A DNA stretch of 58,942 nt from a virus (IMGVR_UViG_3300033143_005711:1-58942); one strand, 5' to 3'; shown: positions 1 to 9,801, numbered from the stretch's first letter. The notes: generated by a model not told the origin, from the sequence alone. Program-made: numbers and translations.

Positions 1-52
1 TCTTTAAACCTAAATGATTTAAATCATAAGACCTAAAATCTTTTGGTTTCAG
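1..52. repeat. 52-bp terminal direct repeat (copy 1; copy 2 at 58891-58942), circular closure
   Basis: tctttaaacc...ttttggtttcag is identical at both ends, and a gene reads in frame across the join. Confidence 0.95.
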
Positions 53-142
53 ATTTAATTTCCCTTTCTCATTTACCTTACTTAATAATTCTGGAGCATA
101 ATTAACTACACATCCATCTAAATCTATTCCTATTTTAGACAT
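1..142 (-). CDS. N-terminal part of HAD-family 5'(3')-deoxyribonucleotidase (continues at 58890-58436)
   Basis: ATG at 142 gives MSKIGIDLDGCVVNYAPELL...LGLKN, joining LVWQIVKEQW; HAD motif I DxDG. Confidence 0.85.
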   Translation of the reverse strand, partial: MSKIGIDLDGCVVNYAPELLSKVNEKGKLNLKPKDFRSYDLNHLGLK

Positions 143-276
143 TTTAACCTCTTAAAAAGTTCTTTGAATTGTTTTATTATGCTATAATATGAAAAGATAA
201 CCAAACCTAAAATTAAAGCAATCATAAAACCTATAGCAATTCCTAAAATCAATACCAATGCACTATTTTCTATCAT
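130..276 (-). CDS. small single-TM membrane protein (48 aa)
   Basis: hand translation MIENSALVLILGIAIGFMIALILGLVIFSLYSIIKQFKELFKRLKCLK; ATGA overlap with the upstream gene. Confidence 0.6.
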   Translation of the reverse strand: MIENSALVLILGIAIGFMIALILGLVIFSYYSIIKQFKELFKRLKCLK

Positions 277-1130
277 TCGCTCAACTCCTTCCCAAATGTT
301 TTTATTCTTCTTCTAGCATATTCTTGCCAACTTATTTCTCCTCTTTTTGCCAATACTGTATTTTTATAATCTTCATTCACAGCTGAACGGACATCTTTCT
401 TTAAAAATATCTCTTGTTCCCAAGTATCTGTTAAAAACTTCTTTGAACTCAATGGCTCATCATCACCCCGAAGGGCGTCAGAGGCTTGTTTAAACTGGTC
501 TCTATACCTAGTTACCTCTGACTTGCCTTCAGAGCGATATTCAGACTCTTTGTCCACTGCGTTGGAGGTGTATAACTCCTCTGATTTATTCTGATGACTA
601 TGATTTGAGCATTCAGGGCAAGTCCAATATTTTCCACATAATAATTCATTCTCCCAAATATCACTATAACATCTCTTCCCACAACCCTTTGTTTTTGGTT
701 TGAATTGTTTTAAATTGTTTATTCTTCCATCTTCTTCCATGTGACATTTCCTACAAAGATATTTCCACATAGATAAATCTCTTTTATAAACATCTTTTCT
801 TCCTTTAGTGTGGTCTTTATAACATAAATCCATTCTTTTAGGTCTCTTTCCACATTTTGGGCAAATATCTGGTCTTTTTAATCTTCTTCTTACCCAACCG
901 TGGATTCCATCATAATCTGTACTTTTTTCATTCCATCTTGGATTATTTTCATTTTTATAATCAGTAGATAAATTAAGTCCAAATGCTTTGTTCTTTATGG
1001 CACTTTCACTTCTTTTAATTTTTTCTGAAATTAATTTTACTGGAATTTTACGATAATTACCTTTAAGAAATTCTATATCTTCTTTACTCCAAAGTTTATA
1101 TTCTTTTCTTGCACATGTTTCTTTAGTCAT
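273..1130 (-). CDS. HNH-like endonuclease with N-terminal Myb/HTH-like repeat and Zn-finger segments
   Basis: WSKEDIEFLKGNY; IHGWVRR..CPKC...LCRKCH; further CxxC pairs. Confidence 0.6.
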   Translation of the reverse strand: MTKETCARKEYKLWSKEDIEFLKGNYRKIPVKLISEKIKRSESAIKNKAFGLNLSTDYKNENNPRWNEKSTDYDGIHGWVRRRLKRPDICPKCGKRPKRMDLCYKDHTKGRKDVYKRDLSMWKYLCRKCHMEEDGRINNLKQFKPKTKGCGKRCYSDIWENELLCGKYWTCPECSNHSHQNKSEELYTSNAVDKESEYRSEGKSEVTRYRDQFKQASDALRGDDEPLSSKKFLTDTWEQEIFLKKDVRSAVNEDYKNTVLAKRGEISWQEYARRRIKTFGKELSE

Positions 1131-1257
1131 AATGTAGCCTCCTTAAAATCTTTTACTTGTTGTAATATTTGTTCTCCAAACCCAAATGGGGCTTTCCAAT
1201 CGTTTAGCACTCTTTTTATATCTTCTTCTAATTGTTCTATATTTAACTTTACATCAC

Positions 1258-1488
1258 TCATGCCTCTGCCTCCTTTTTTAGTTTAATATTATTTCTTTTG
1301 CAATATGTTTCAGCATCTTTTTTTCTATAAAATATAAGTGAGTTTACAATATAATCTCTTTCTATGGCTTTTCTAATCTTCCATTCTTCTTTATTTTTAC
1401 CAAGAACATTTGTCCACCAACTATGTTCTATCACATACCCCGAGTTCACACAAGATGGATTAGGCGTAGTCTTAGGCATTTTCATCAA
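1258..1488 (-). CDS. hypothetical protein
   Basis: ORF in co-directional gene run. Confidence 0.5.
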   Translation of the reverse strand: MMKMPKTTPNPSCVNSGYVIEHSWWTNVLGKNKEEWKIRKAIERDYIVNSLIFYRKKDAETYCKRNNIKLKKEAEA

Positions 1489-1750
1489 TCTCCTTCTTTC
1501 TAATATCCAATTCTATCATAGTTCTTCCTTCAATTCCAGTATCTGAAACATCAAAACTATTTATCTCAAATGAAGTTTTTTCTACTGCTTTCTCAATTTT
1601 TTGTATTGCATCAATTGTTTCTTTATCTAATTTCACCATTTTTAATCTCCTTTTCATATTCTTTAATTCTATTGAATGGATTTCCACCACCTTTATCCCT
1701 TGTATTTGTAGCGACATAAGGAAACTTTTCTTTACATCCTTTACATACAT
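1472..1750 (-). CDS. hypothetical protein (true start probably MVKLDKE near 1639)
   Basis: AGGAG SD precedes the internal ATG. Confidence 0.5.
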   Translation of the reverse strand: MYVKDVKKSFLMSLQIQGIKVVEIHSIELKNMKRRLKMVKLDKETIDAIQKIEKAVEKTSFEINSFDVSDTGIEGRTMIELDIRKKEIDENA

Positions 1751-1952
1751 TCCTTCTTCCTGGATTCTTATTACATATCTTACAATTTGTTATTTTCATT
1801 TTTTTAAACTTTCGCTACTTCTATATCCATATTAAGATAGTTGTTCCCACACATAAGCCCTCTTCCAACCATTTTTTTATTATAACAATCTTCACAACAA
1901 GCATCTCCATCAATTATAGTAATAGCAAGATTTTTACAATAAACACATTTAA

Positions 1953-2243
1953 TCATATTTGTTCCCTATTTAATTTAATTATTTCTTTAATGTGTTTAGA
2001 TAAGGTTTTTCCTTTTTCTGTTAACCTATAACATGGTTTTTTACGTCCTGTTCTTTTAAGGATTTTGTTTTCTACAAAGTTTTTTCCCATTAGTACACTA
2101 AAATGTTTTGATAAATTTGCTGGATTTACATCTAAAGCTCTACAAATTTCTCTTCTACTAATCCAATCTTTAGTTCCCATAAATTTTATTACTTCTATAC
2201 CATAATTTCCAATTCCAAGTGTAAATTTTGTATTTTTTATCAT
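1953..2243 (-). CDS. winged-HTH DNA-binding protein (MarR/ArsR-like)
   Basis: SRREICRALDVNPANLSKHFSVL...YRLTEKG. Confidence 0.75.
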   Translation of the reverse strand: MIKNTKFTLGIGNYGIEVIKFMGTKDWISRREICRALDVNPANLSKHFSVLMGKNFVENKILKRTGRKKPCYRLTEKGKTLSKHIKEIIKLNREQI

Positions 2244-2248
2244 TTTAT

Positions 2249-3109
2249 TTAAATTTTACTAATCCTCTTTTTATACAATAATGCTGCTTTTTTTCCAATA
2301 CATTGTATTGATTCCTTTGATGATTTTATTTCTCCTTTTGATTCTCTCATAACATCTTCAATCATTGCTTTAATTACTTCCCTAGTTTTTTCTATTTCAG
2401 TAGGATTTCCAAGTTTATCTAAAACATGTGTAAGCCTCATAGGTGTTACCCATTCTTCTGCAATAGCTTTGGCATCTTCCAAAATCTTTAATTGTTCTGG
2501 ATTAACTTCTCTTTTTGTTTTAGTTTCTTTAAAAGAATCTCCCTTATGTTTTACAATTAATCTTTTTCCATTATTTTTAATAAGTTCCATTAAAGGTCTT
2601 AAAACTACACCTTCTCTCAATTTCCCTTCACCACAACCATTTCTTATCGCTTGTGTTGATTGTAAATCTCTTTGTTTATCTATTTCTTTTAAATCTGTTG
2701 TTATCTTTACATAATCTACAAATTCCAAACCAAGTTTCTTAGTAACATCTTCTGCATTTGGAATATCCAACCAATTACCATCTACTTTTACATCAAATAC
2801 AACAAACTTTAATTCTTTACCATAAGTTTCAGACATGCCCTGACATTTTCCACCATATGCTTCTCCAAAAACAACAACATTACCTTCAAATAATTCTGTA
2901 AATGTCTTTTCCAAATAATCTACATCAAATATTTTTTCAAACCTATTATGTTTTTCACCACCTGGAGATAAAGTTAATTTTCCATTCTTCCAACTAATAT
3001 TAGCTGATGTTCCATGAATCTTTTCCATAGCATAGCATTCTTTAAATAAAAGTATTTCAGTATTTTTATATAAATTATCTATATGTAAATATCCCATTAT
3101 TTTTTCCAC
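2249..3109 (-). CDS. ATP-dependent RNA ligase (Rnl2-like)
   Basis: nucleotidyltransferase motifs I EKIHGT, III FGE, IIIa FDV, IV EGVV, V KHK. Confidence 0.85.
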   Translation of the reverse strand: MEKIMGYLHIDNLYKNTEILLFKECYAMEKIHGTSANISWKNGKLTLSPGGEKHNRFEKIFDVDYLEKTFTELFEGNVVVFGEAYGGKCQGMSETYGKELKFVVFDVKVDGNWLDIPNAEDVTKKLGLEFVDYVKITTDLKEIDKQRDLQSTQAIRNGCGEGKLREGVVLRPLMELIKNNGKRLIVKHKGDSFKETKTKREVNPEQLKILEDAKAIAEEWVTPMRLTHVLDKLGNPTEIEKTREVIKAMIEDVMRESKGEIKSSKESIQCIGKKAALLYKKRISKI

Positions 3110-3342
3110 CTTTTAGGAAATGGTTTCAGATATAATTCTTCACCAATCCAATTTAATAATTCTTTTCTTCCTTTTTTAGTATCTTTAAAGCAAGTCGATT
3201 TTATAACATGTGGTTCAGTTATTTTTACACAAATTAACTTATCAATATATTCTGTAAAGTTTCCCTCTTTGAAAACTTCTCTAATTTTCTCTATCTTAAT
3301 TATTGCTTCAGTGTATTTTTTATCTTTTAATTGTCTTCTCAT
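3097..3342 (-). CDS. hypothetical protein
   Basis: ORF in operon. Confidence 0.55.
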   Translation of the reverse strand: MRRQLKDKKYTEAIIKIEKIREVFKEGNFTEYIDKLICVKITEPHVIKSTCFKDTKKGRKELLNWIGEELYLKPFPKRWKK

Positions 3343-3352
3343 TTTTTAACTC

Positions 3353-3610
3353 CTATCTATTAAGCCACCAACTTCTTATTTTATCTCCTAGTGCAAATCC
3401 ACATCCACCAAAACCAATCCAAACCATCAGCCTCCAAAAAGCAAATCCCTCAATTACAGCATTACCTGTCTCAGTTGGATTAATAATAAACCCAACTATT
3501 AGCAACCCAAAATAAAATATTACTAGTGGTATAAAGACATATTTTTTAAATAAACCATAAACAAACGATATTCCAAAAGCTACCAATATTTGTAATAATA
3601 CTTCATTCAT
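3353..3610 (-). CDS. membrane protein (about 3 TM)
   Basis: three hydrophobic segments. Confidence 0.65.
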   Translation of the reverse strand: MNEVLLQILVAFGISFVYGLFKKYVFIPLVIFYFGLLIVGFIINPTETGNAVIEGFAFWRLMVWIGFGGCGFALGDKIRSWWLNR

Positions 3611-3915
3611 TTCAAATCCTCCCCTGTAATATTATGAATATGTTTTAATATTTCAATTATATCCCCTGTATCTCCCCAAGCACCTAAACAACCTATAATT
3701 TCTTGCATATTTTTGTCTTTAGTATAATCTTTATTTTTCCACTTATCTTCAAATATTTTTAGTTCTTTAATCCATTTGATTATTTCTTGTTTTAATTTCC
3801 CAGAATTAACAGTTTTAAATTCAGAAGGACAATCCCCATTAACCATATATGGTGGTCCTTGCATTAATCTTGGAGTTCCCCTAATTTCAATATCTTTTAA
3901 TGTTTTTAATTCCAT
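3607..3915 (-). CDS. hypothetical protein, paralog of 47467-47718
   Basis: shared ELKTLKD start, KQ-x-x-IK core and NI-x-(x)-(E/D)DLK end. Confidence 0.65.
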   Translation of the reverse strand: MELKTLKDIEIRGTPRLMQGPPYMVNGDCPSEFKTVNSGKLKQEIIKWIKELKIFEDKWKNKDYTKDKNMQEIIGCLGAWGDTGDIIEILKHIHNITGEDLK

Positions 3916-3934
3916 GATTTAAATAGAAGAAAAA

Positions 3935-3949
3935 CCCTTTTAAATGTTT
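3935..3949 (-). promoter_or_regulatory. archaeal BRE/TATA promoter, leaderless transcript
   Basis: AAACATTTAAAAGGG about 25 bp upstream of ATG 3915; the same motif recurs genome-wide. Confidence 0.7.
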
Positions 3950-4004
3950 AGTTAAACTTTAAAGTAGTCACAAATCAACCTATCATAAGCATTATCTATT
4001 TGGT

Positions 4005-4199
4005 TCAATAGTGCTTCAACATCTTTAACAGAAATAGTATCTCCTTTTTTTCCTTTAATAGTTTCTTTTTTCCGTTTAAAAAATTTTGAAAACCCTTTAA
4101 ATCTGGTTTAATATAATTAGATTTTTTTTTAGTTTTTTTAACTTCTTCTCCAATAATTGTTTCAACAGGACAATTAGAATAGTTTATTATTTTACCCAT
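4005..4199 (-). CDS. small basic protein
   Basis: AAAGATATTTAAAA promoter about 25 bp upstream. Confidence 0.55.
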   Translation of the reverse strand: MGKIINYSNCPVETIIGEEVKKTKKKSNYIKPDLKGFQNFLNGKKKLLKEKKEILFLLKMLKHY

Positions 4200-4271
4200 A
4201 AGAAATTAAAGTGTGTTGTTTTTAAATATCTTTTGGAACGTTTTTTAATACGTTTTCATTTACATTTTAGA

Positions 4272-4868
4272 TTACTTTTTTTTAACTATTTTAAGATTAT
4301 CTTTCTTTGTGTCAAAATCAGATAAATACGGCACACCTATTTTACTATAATGTTGTCCATCAAACATAATTGCTTCATCCTTTTTTAAGTTTAGAATGTT
4401 TGTTCCCCTCTCATCCCCTTTATATTCAAGTATTATCCTTTTAACACTACTACCATTAATGAAATCTGCAAATGTTACTTTTTTATAAATTATTATATTA
4501 ATCTTACTTGAGATAAATTTCTTCAGGTTTTCAGGCACAGCAGATATGACCAATATATTATTATTATGATTGATAAGTCTTAGTGTCCTTTCTATTTGTT
4601 TTTTAGCTACACGATTATCCAAATCCCATAAAGACATAACTTCATCAAGAAAAATAATACTATCTTTAATTCCTTCTAATTCACTAACACTATTTATGTT
4701 TGTTGCATTTTCAATTTCCATCTTTAATCCAAATGTATAAAGATTGTATTTAAATTTTTTATCTAATTCTTTAATAAGGTAATATACTAAATTACTTTTA
4801 CCTTCATTTATATCTGAAACGATAGCTATTATACATGGCTTTGAGAATAAATCTACTATGTTATTCAT
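4272..4868 (-). CDS. P-loop NTPase (start refined to MNNIVDLF)
   Basis: Walker A SDINEGKS, Walker B IIFLDE; GGAGG SD. Confidence 0.75.
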   Translation of the reverse strand: MNNIVDLFSKPCIIAIVSDINEGKSNLVYYLIKELDKKFKYNLYTFGLKMEIENATNINSVSELEGIKDSIIFLDEVMSLWDLDNRVAKKQIERTLRLINHNNNILVISAVPENLKKFISSKINIIIYKKVTFADFINGSSVKRIILEYKGDERGTNILNLKKDEAIMFDGQHYSKIGVPYLSDFDTKKDNLKIVKKK

Positions 4869-5586
4869 ATTTCCCTCCTTTAACAAGATTTTCTCTCCAC
4901 CATAAAGGTTGAAGATTTGTATAATGAAATAACTTATATACTTCCTCTTCTGTTTTAGCTGAGCAAATAGGAATGATATGGTCAATGTGCCAACCAAACC
5001 TCCCATAGTTTTCCCAAGTCATCCCTTCTTTAAATAAACTTTCTAAGTATTCCCTAAGTTCTTCCACACTGCATCCCAAAATTTCTTTAAAATACTTTGT
5101 CTTTTTCATGTGTCCTTTTTTCAAATATCTTCTTAAATAAGTAGAAATATTTTTTCTTAACCTATATCTAAAATCTTCTTTTTCTTTAATTAATCTTTTT
5201 TTCATAAGAGATTTCTTATTCTTTTGAAAATATACTCTCATTCTTTTTCTTTCTAATTCCTTAGAACATTTTTCACAATATTTTCTTTTATGTGATTTTG
5301 GTGTTATTGTTAACTTTCTTTGACATAAGCCACAATTTATAATTAATAGTTTAGGAAGATAAGGTTGCTTATTTTTATGGTAATTTAATCTTTTGAATTT
5401 ATTTCTTCTCTTTCTTTGGATAGGAGTTATATTCTTCTGATATTCTTTAACTATCTCAGAGCAACATTGTTTACATTTGTAAATATACTTACCAGACATA
5501 AAATTTGTTAATGGTTTTTGTAGTTTACAAGTTTTACAAAGTAAAAATTCTCTTCCTTGTTCCTTTAATTTTAATCTATTAGCCAT
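4861..5586 (-). CDS. HNH homing-type endonuclease with Zn fingers (start refined to MANRLK)
   Basis: WENYG-x-x-GWHIDHIIP...FHYTNLQPLW-x-x-EN; CxxC pairs; own TATA box. Confidence 0.85.
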   Translation of the reverse strand: MANRLKLKEQGREFLLCKTCKLQKPLTNFMSGKYIYKCKQCCSEIVKEYQKNITPIQRKRRNKFKRLNYHKNKQPYLPKLLIINCGLCQRKLTITPKSHKRKYCEKCSKELERKRMRVYFQKNKKSLMKKRLIKEKEDFRYRLRKNISTYLRRYLKKGHMKKTKYFKEILGCSVEELREYLESLFKEGMTWENYGRFGWHIDHIIPICSAKTEEEVYKLFHYTNLQPLWWRENLVKGGKYE

Positions 5587-5684
5587 ATTATAAATAAAGA
5601 TACAATGATATAAAAAGTTTTCTACTCCAAAAGCTTTTGGTTTATCAAATATTGTTATCATTTTTTGTTTTAACACTCAATTTT

Positions 5685-6014
5685 TTAAAAAAGTGTATCG
5701 TTTTTATTTTCAAATTCAAGTTCTGGAATTCCAAAATTAAAATTTGTCTGTGTTTCAACAGGTAATTCTTTAGTAACATTTGTCTCATTAAGTAAATATT
5801 CATTTGTTTCATTAATTTGTAATTCAAGTTCTATTATTTTATTTTCAAGTTCTGAAATTTTTATAGCCAAATCCTCTAATTCTGTTTCATTAGTAACAAG
5901 AGTATAATTTATATTTAGTGCTGGTTCTTTTACTATGTCAAAATAAAAATTACCTGCAATAGATACAACCAATATTATTATCCCAATAATCCAAAGTATT
6001 TTTTCAAATTTCAT
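5685..6014 (-). CDS. membrane-anchored coiled-coil protein with N-x-T sequons
   Basis: N-terminal TM; NYT, NET x3, NVT, NDT. Confidence 0.65.
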   Translation of the reverse strand: MKFEKILWIIGIIILVVSIAGNFYFDIVKEPALNINYTLVTNETELEDLAIKISELENKIIELELQINETNEYLLNETNVTKELPVETQTNFNFGIPELEFENKNDTLF

Positions 6015-6095
6015 TTTCTTACCCCATTTTTAGTTATTTTGTCTTTTAAAATGTTTAGTTTTTTAGTAGTAATTTTATAGTTAAGACACTTCCTA

Positions 6096-6293
6096 TTAAT
6101 TGTTCATCTCATTAAACATTGGTTTTCCATTATCATCTTCATCATACACATAAGAGCTTTTATTGTCAAACTCTTCTTCTATGTCTCCTTCTGAAAACTT
6201 TTCTTTTGCCTCTTCTAAACTTTCAGCTTCAATAATCATACAACCATGAACTTCTTTTGTAAATCCTATACTATATCTCATCTTTCGCCTCAT
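6096..6293 (-). CDS. small acidic protein
   Basis: IEAESLEEAKEK motif common in small phage proteins. Confidence 0.6.
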   Translation of the reverse strand: MRRKMRYSIGFTKEVHGCMIIEAESLEEAKEKFSEGDIEEEFDNKSSYVYDEDDNGKPMFNEMNN

Positions 6294-6453
6294 TTATTTT
6301 AAGTATTTGATTAAACATAATTATACTTTCTTTTTCACTATCTTGTTTTATTTTAACCATAAATTTATTTTCTTCAATTACTTCTCCCTTTAAATTAATA
6401 TCTTTTAATTCCCCTTTAATTCTAATCCAATATTTTTTTCCTAATTCAAACAT
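6271..6453 (-). CDS. small Sm/SH3-like beta-barrel protein
   Basis: beta-rich pattern; GGAG SD. Confidence 0.5.
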   Translation of the reverse strand: MFELGKKYWIRIKGELKDINLKGEVIEENKFMVKIKQDSEKESIIMFNQILKINEAKDEI

Positions 6454-6607
6454 TTTAAATTACTCCTTATTATTTTTTTAGTAAAATTTATTTGAGTTAA
6501 AGCATCGTGAAAAGTTGAATAACATACCTGTTGAATACAATTTCCTTCATCTTCTTGAATATGTTTTCTTATTTCTTCCATAGTTTCATAATATTCATAT
6601 TTAAATT

Positions 6608-7357
6608 CTACCATTTTACTTCTCCTAAAACTTTACATTTTTTAACTCTAATCTTTCCCATTTGACAAGTAATTACATCTTTTAATTGGACTTCACAAGC
6701 AATTAAAGTATCTCCTTTATCCCAATAAAAGGGGGTAGATAAATGAATACCTTTTCCACAAGATTTATTTGATTTATCGTAATCTTTAACTTTAATCTCT
6801 TTTCCATCTTCATAAATAAATTCTTTATCATAACAACTTGAATATTTACCTCTAGATATTTGATTTACTCTTTTATACATTACAAAATTATCATTAGGAA
6901 TTATTCCTATTTGACTTGCTATCTGTTTTTTTATGTTATCTAGCTTTTTATTTATATATCCGGTTAAAATTAAATTTTCTCCATATACCCTAGCATCTCC
7001 ATATACCATAGCATCTCCAGATACCCTAGCATCTCCAGATACCCTAGCATCTCCAGATACCCTAGCATCTCCAGATACCATAGCATCTCCAGATACCCTA
7101 GCATCTCCATATACCATAGCATCTCCAGATACCCTAGCATCTCCATATACCATAGCATCTCCAGATACCATAGCATCTCCATATACCATAGCATCTCCAG
7201 ATACCATAGCATCTCCATTTTGACTTAAATTACTTTCTTTTTCTATCCAACCCCCTAATTCTCCTTTTTTAACACTTCCAAATTTCTCAATACATTCAAT
7301 TTGATAAAGTGTTCTTCCAAATATTTCTTTTTTGTTTTTTGTTAATTTATATTTCAT
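6608..7357 (-). CDS. hexapeptide-repeat (GDAxVx) beta-helix protein
   Basis: GELGGWIEKESNLSQ followed by 13 GDA(M/R)V(S/Y) repeats; C-terminal CGKGIH domain. Confidence 0.8.
   Translation of the reverse strand: MKYKLTKNKKEIFGRTLYQIECIEKFGSVKKGELGGWIEKESNLSQNGDAMVSGDAMVYGDAMVSGDAMVYGDARVSGDAMVYGDARVSGDAMVSGDARVSGDARVSGDARVSGDAMVYGDARVYGENLILTGYINKKLDNIKKQIASQIGIIPNDNFVMYKRVNQISRGKYSSCYDKEFIYEDGKEIKVKDYDKSNKSCGKGIHLSTPFYWDKGDTLIACEVQLKDVITCQMGKIRVKKCKVLGEVKW
6984..7217. repeat. 18-bp tandem repeat x13
   Basis: (g/t)atacc(a/c)tagcatctcca units. Confidence 0.9.
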
Positions 7358-7434
7358 TCTTTTACCTCTTCAATACTTGTAATATCATCTATAAAATTAT
7401 CCACATTTGTTTGAATATCATTTTTTGTTTCATT

Positions 7435-7638
7435 TTAATTATACATAAGTTTTTCATACAATTTAATTTCTGCTTCTTCTAGATTGTTTGTTATATCTTC
7501 CCCTGTCATTCTACTAAGAGCAATCAATTCTAATTTTAATTCTGAACTTAATTTAATCCATTCTCTTTCACTAACAATCACTTTCATTTTGTTTAATTCA
7601 TTAATTTTCATTTTCATTTTTTTTCCCTTTAATAACAA
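7435..7638 (-). CDS. hypothetical protein
   Basis: ORF in operon. Confidence 0.5.
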   Translation of the reverse strand: MLLKGKKMKMKINELNKMKVIVSEREWIKLSSELKLELIALSRMTGEDITNNLEEAEIKLYEKLMYN

Positions 7639-7907
7639 TAATTTTGTTTACTTAACCTAATTGAACAAACATTAATTGGGTTTATGAATACTGAAAAACC
7701 ATCATTAATATTTTTAATTTTCCATTCAAACAATTTTCCTTTATTTACTTGCTTAATCAAAAATTCTTTAACTTCTTCTGCTTCCTTTGATGTTTTAAAA
7801 CTATCAAAACAACCATTATATTTTCCATTTAAATTTACATAAACCTCATAATGAATTTTATAAATAGGTTTTTTTTCAACTCTCTTAATTTTTCTTTTAA
7901 ATATCAT
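7629..7907 (-). CDS. hypothetical protein
   Basis: TATA-like AAATGTTTAAAAGG upstream. Confidence 0.55.
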   Translation of the reverse strand: MIFKRKIKRVEKKPIYKIHYEVYVNLNGKYNGCFDSFKTSKEAEEVKEFLIKQVNKGKLFEWKIKNINDGFSVFINPINVCSIRLSKQNYCY

Positions 7908-7973
7908 CTTCTCTTAATTTTTATAGTTAATACTTCCTTTTAAACATTTAGTTTCATTTAAAAGTTAATACAC

Positions 7974-8192
7974 TTATATTTTAATACATTCAAACTTTTC
8001 AAACTTAAATAAGTTCTTAAAATCTTTAAATCTTACACTACCATAGCCAAATAAACCGAATAACTTAACCTTTAATTTAAATATTTCAAAATTATCTAAA
8101 AATTGTGGTTTAAACACCATTAATTTTCTTGCTTTAATTACATTATCTTTATCGTCGTAGATAGTATATTTAATTTTTTTAATTATTTTCAT
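7974..8192 (-). CDS. hypothetical protein
   Basis: ORF in operon. Confidence 0.5.
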   Translation of the reverse strand: MKIIKKIKYTIYDDKDNVIKARKLMVFKPQFLDNFEIFKLKVKLFGLFGYGSVRFKDFKNLFKFEKFECIKI

Positions 8193-8755
8193 TTTGTAAT
8201 TTTTTTATAATTTCTTCCCTTATATTTTCTCTGCGTAATATTAATATTCCCATTCTTTTCTCACTTCCATAATCTTTTTCAAAATCTATCTGTGCTTCAA
8301 CACTTTTAAGTTTTCTTTTTAATCTCCATTGTGGAAGTTTTTTCATTTTAATTATTTAAGTTGTTTACTTTATTTTCTAAATCAAAAAGATATTTTATTA
8401 CTTCGTCTATACTTTTAAAATCCTTTTCAATTTTTTTAAGCATTAACTTTTTATGTGTATTAAAATTAACGATTAAAGTTTTTTGTTGTTCTTTTTCTTC
8501 TTCCATTTTATTTTTTTAACTCCATTTTGAATATTTTTATGTTTTTTTCTCTGTGTATGTTTTTTTCTTTTTTCTCTAAACTCTTTAGGTGTTTAATTCT
8601 TCTTTGTAATTCTGCTTTACTCAACTTCTTTAATTCCATTTTTCACCCCTAAAATCTTCTTACTTAAATAAGAAAATCTTTTTAATTCCTCTTTTGTCAA
8701 TTCCCTTATATGACTTAAACTTCTCAATGCCTCAAATTCTCTTCTTTTTTTCATT

Positions 8756-9337
8756 TTAAAAATAAAACCTGTAATTTTCTTGGTTCTTTTCCCCTCTTAA
8801 TTTATTTAATACTAATTGGCTACAAATAGAAGCAACTATCAGGTTTCCATTTTGAATAATGTTGTTTTCTAACTCGTAACTTAATTGACAAGACATAGAT
8901 TTTTTATTTTTCAAATCAATAGTTCTTAAAATATCTTCTTTTTTCATTTTGTCTGTTTTAGTAAAGATAGCAATAGCTCTACTTTCAGCTCTTAAATCAA
9001 TAAAATATTTATTTTCTTTGAAACAATAATCTATTATTAGTTTTCTTGCCTTTGCATTATCAACGCAGGAAATTATAAAATTATATTCTTTGAGTTGTTC
9101 CTCGCTGGTTATTGCTTTCTCAATACAATTAAGGCAATACTTACTGCTTACGTCAGTTGTGAAGTTTTGGTATTTTATATTTTTTAACTCTACTTTGTCA
9201 AAATCTGCTAGAGTTATTTCAACTTGACTTAAATCAATCTGTTCATTTAAGATTAATCTGTTAAGTTCTCTTGCTAAATACGAACCAATACCACCACAAC
9301 CAACAACCAATATTTTATTTTCCATTTTATAAGTCAT
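8756..9337 (-). CDS. ThiF/MoeB/E1-like adenylating enzyme (compact, no CxxC Zn sites)
   Basis: ILVVGCGGIGS; DFDKVELKNIKYQ; SCVDNAKAR; candidate catalytic Cys in SMSCQL. Confidence 0.9.
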   Translation of the reverse strand: MTYKMENKILVVGCGGIGSYLARELNRLILNEQIDLSQVEITLADFDKVELKNIKYQNFTTDVSSKYCLNCIEKAITSEEQLKEYNFIISCVDNAKARKLIIDYCFKENKYFIDLRAESRAIAIFTKTDKMKKEDILRTIDLKNKKSMSCQLSYELENNIIQNGNLIVASICSQLVLNKLRGEKNQENYRFYF

Positions 9338-9563
9338 TGTTTCTTTCTTCTTCCCCTTTTGCTAATTTAATTAAGTGTTCTTCAACCAAGCCGTCTAATT
9401 TTTTGTTTATTAGCCCAACTATTGTTTTTCTTTCCTTAAGAGTTTGGAATAATTTTTTTTTATCTATTCTCAATTCTAAACTTCCTTTGTCTATTCCTAC
9501 TTCTATGTTGTTGTTGAAGTTTCCAACTAAACAAATTAGTTTCATTTCTGTTTGTATTTCCAT
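9327..9563 (-). CDS. hypothetical protein in the Ubl-E1 operon
   Basis: abuts the Ubl gene and overlaps the E1 gene. Confidence 0.7.
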   Translation of the reverse strand: MEIQTEMKLICLVGNFNNNIEVGIDKGSLELRIDKKKLFQTLKERKTIVGLINKKLDGLVEEHLIKLAKGEEERNNDL

Positions 9564-9565
9564 TT

Positions 9566-9781
9566 TTATCCTCCAAGTAAACCATTAACTAAAACGATTT
9601 CGTCTGCATTTGCTATATCGTTTTCTGTTAAAGTGTCAGAAGATTTAAAGTTTCCGTCCACATAACACCACTTTCCATTTTCGCTTGTTTCTTGTCTAAT
9701 TCTATCTAAAGCTAAAGACGGAACAAGTTTTAAAGTGTCATGTCCTCTCTCTGAAACCACTTTTAAAGTTATTTCTTTCAT
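9566..9781 (-). CDS. ubiquitin-like (beta-grasp, ThiS/SAMP-like) protein ending in Gly-Gly
   Basis: 71 aa, ends DEIVLVNGLLGG-stop; YVDG strand; strong AAGGAGG SD; two genes upstream of E1. Confidence 0.8.
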   Translation of the reverse strand: MKEITLKVVSERGHDTLKLVPSLALDRIRQETSENGKWCYVDGNFKSSDTLTENDIANADEIVLVNGLLGG

Positions 9782-9801
9782 TTTTTATTTTTCCTCCTTG
9801 A

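Noticed and set aside
1-52. Terminal repeat as a biological virion DTR
   Set aside because: It is short and falls mid-gene, so it is more likely an assembler overlap from a circular or permuted genome
6933-7223. Alternative-frame repeat ORFs, and the array as a CRISPR
   Set aside because: There are no spacers, and the units are in-frame hexapeptides of the 6608-7357 gene
8756-9781. ThiF/ThiS as plain thiamine or Moco biosynthesis
   Set aside because: No thiG, moaE, desulfurase or ncsA-like partner is visible; a sulfur-carrier role using host enzymes is not excluded
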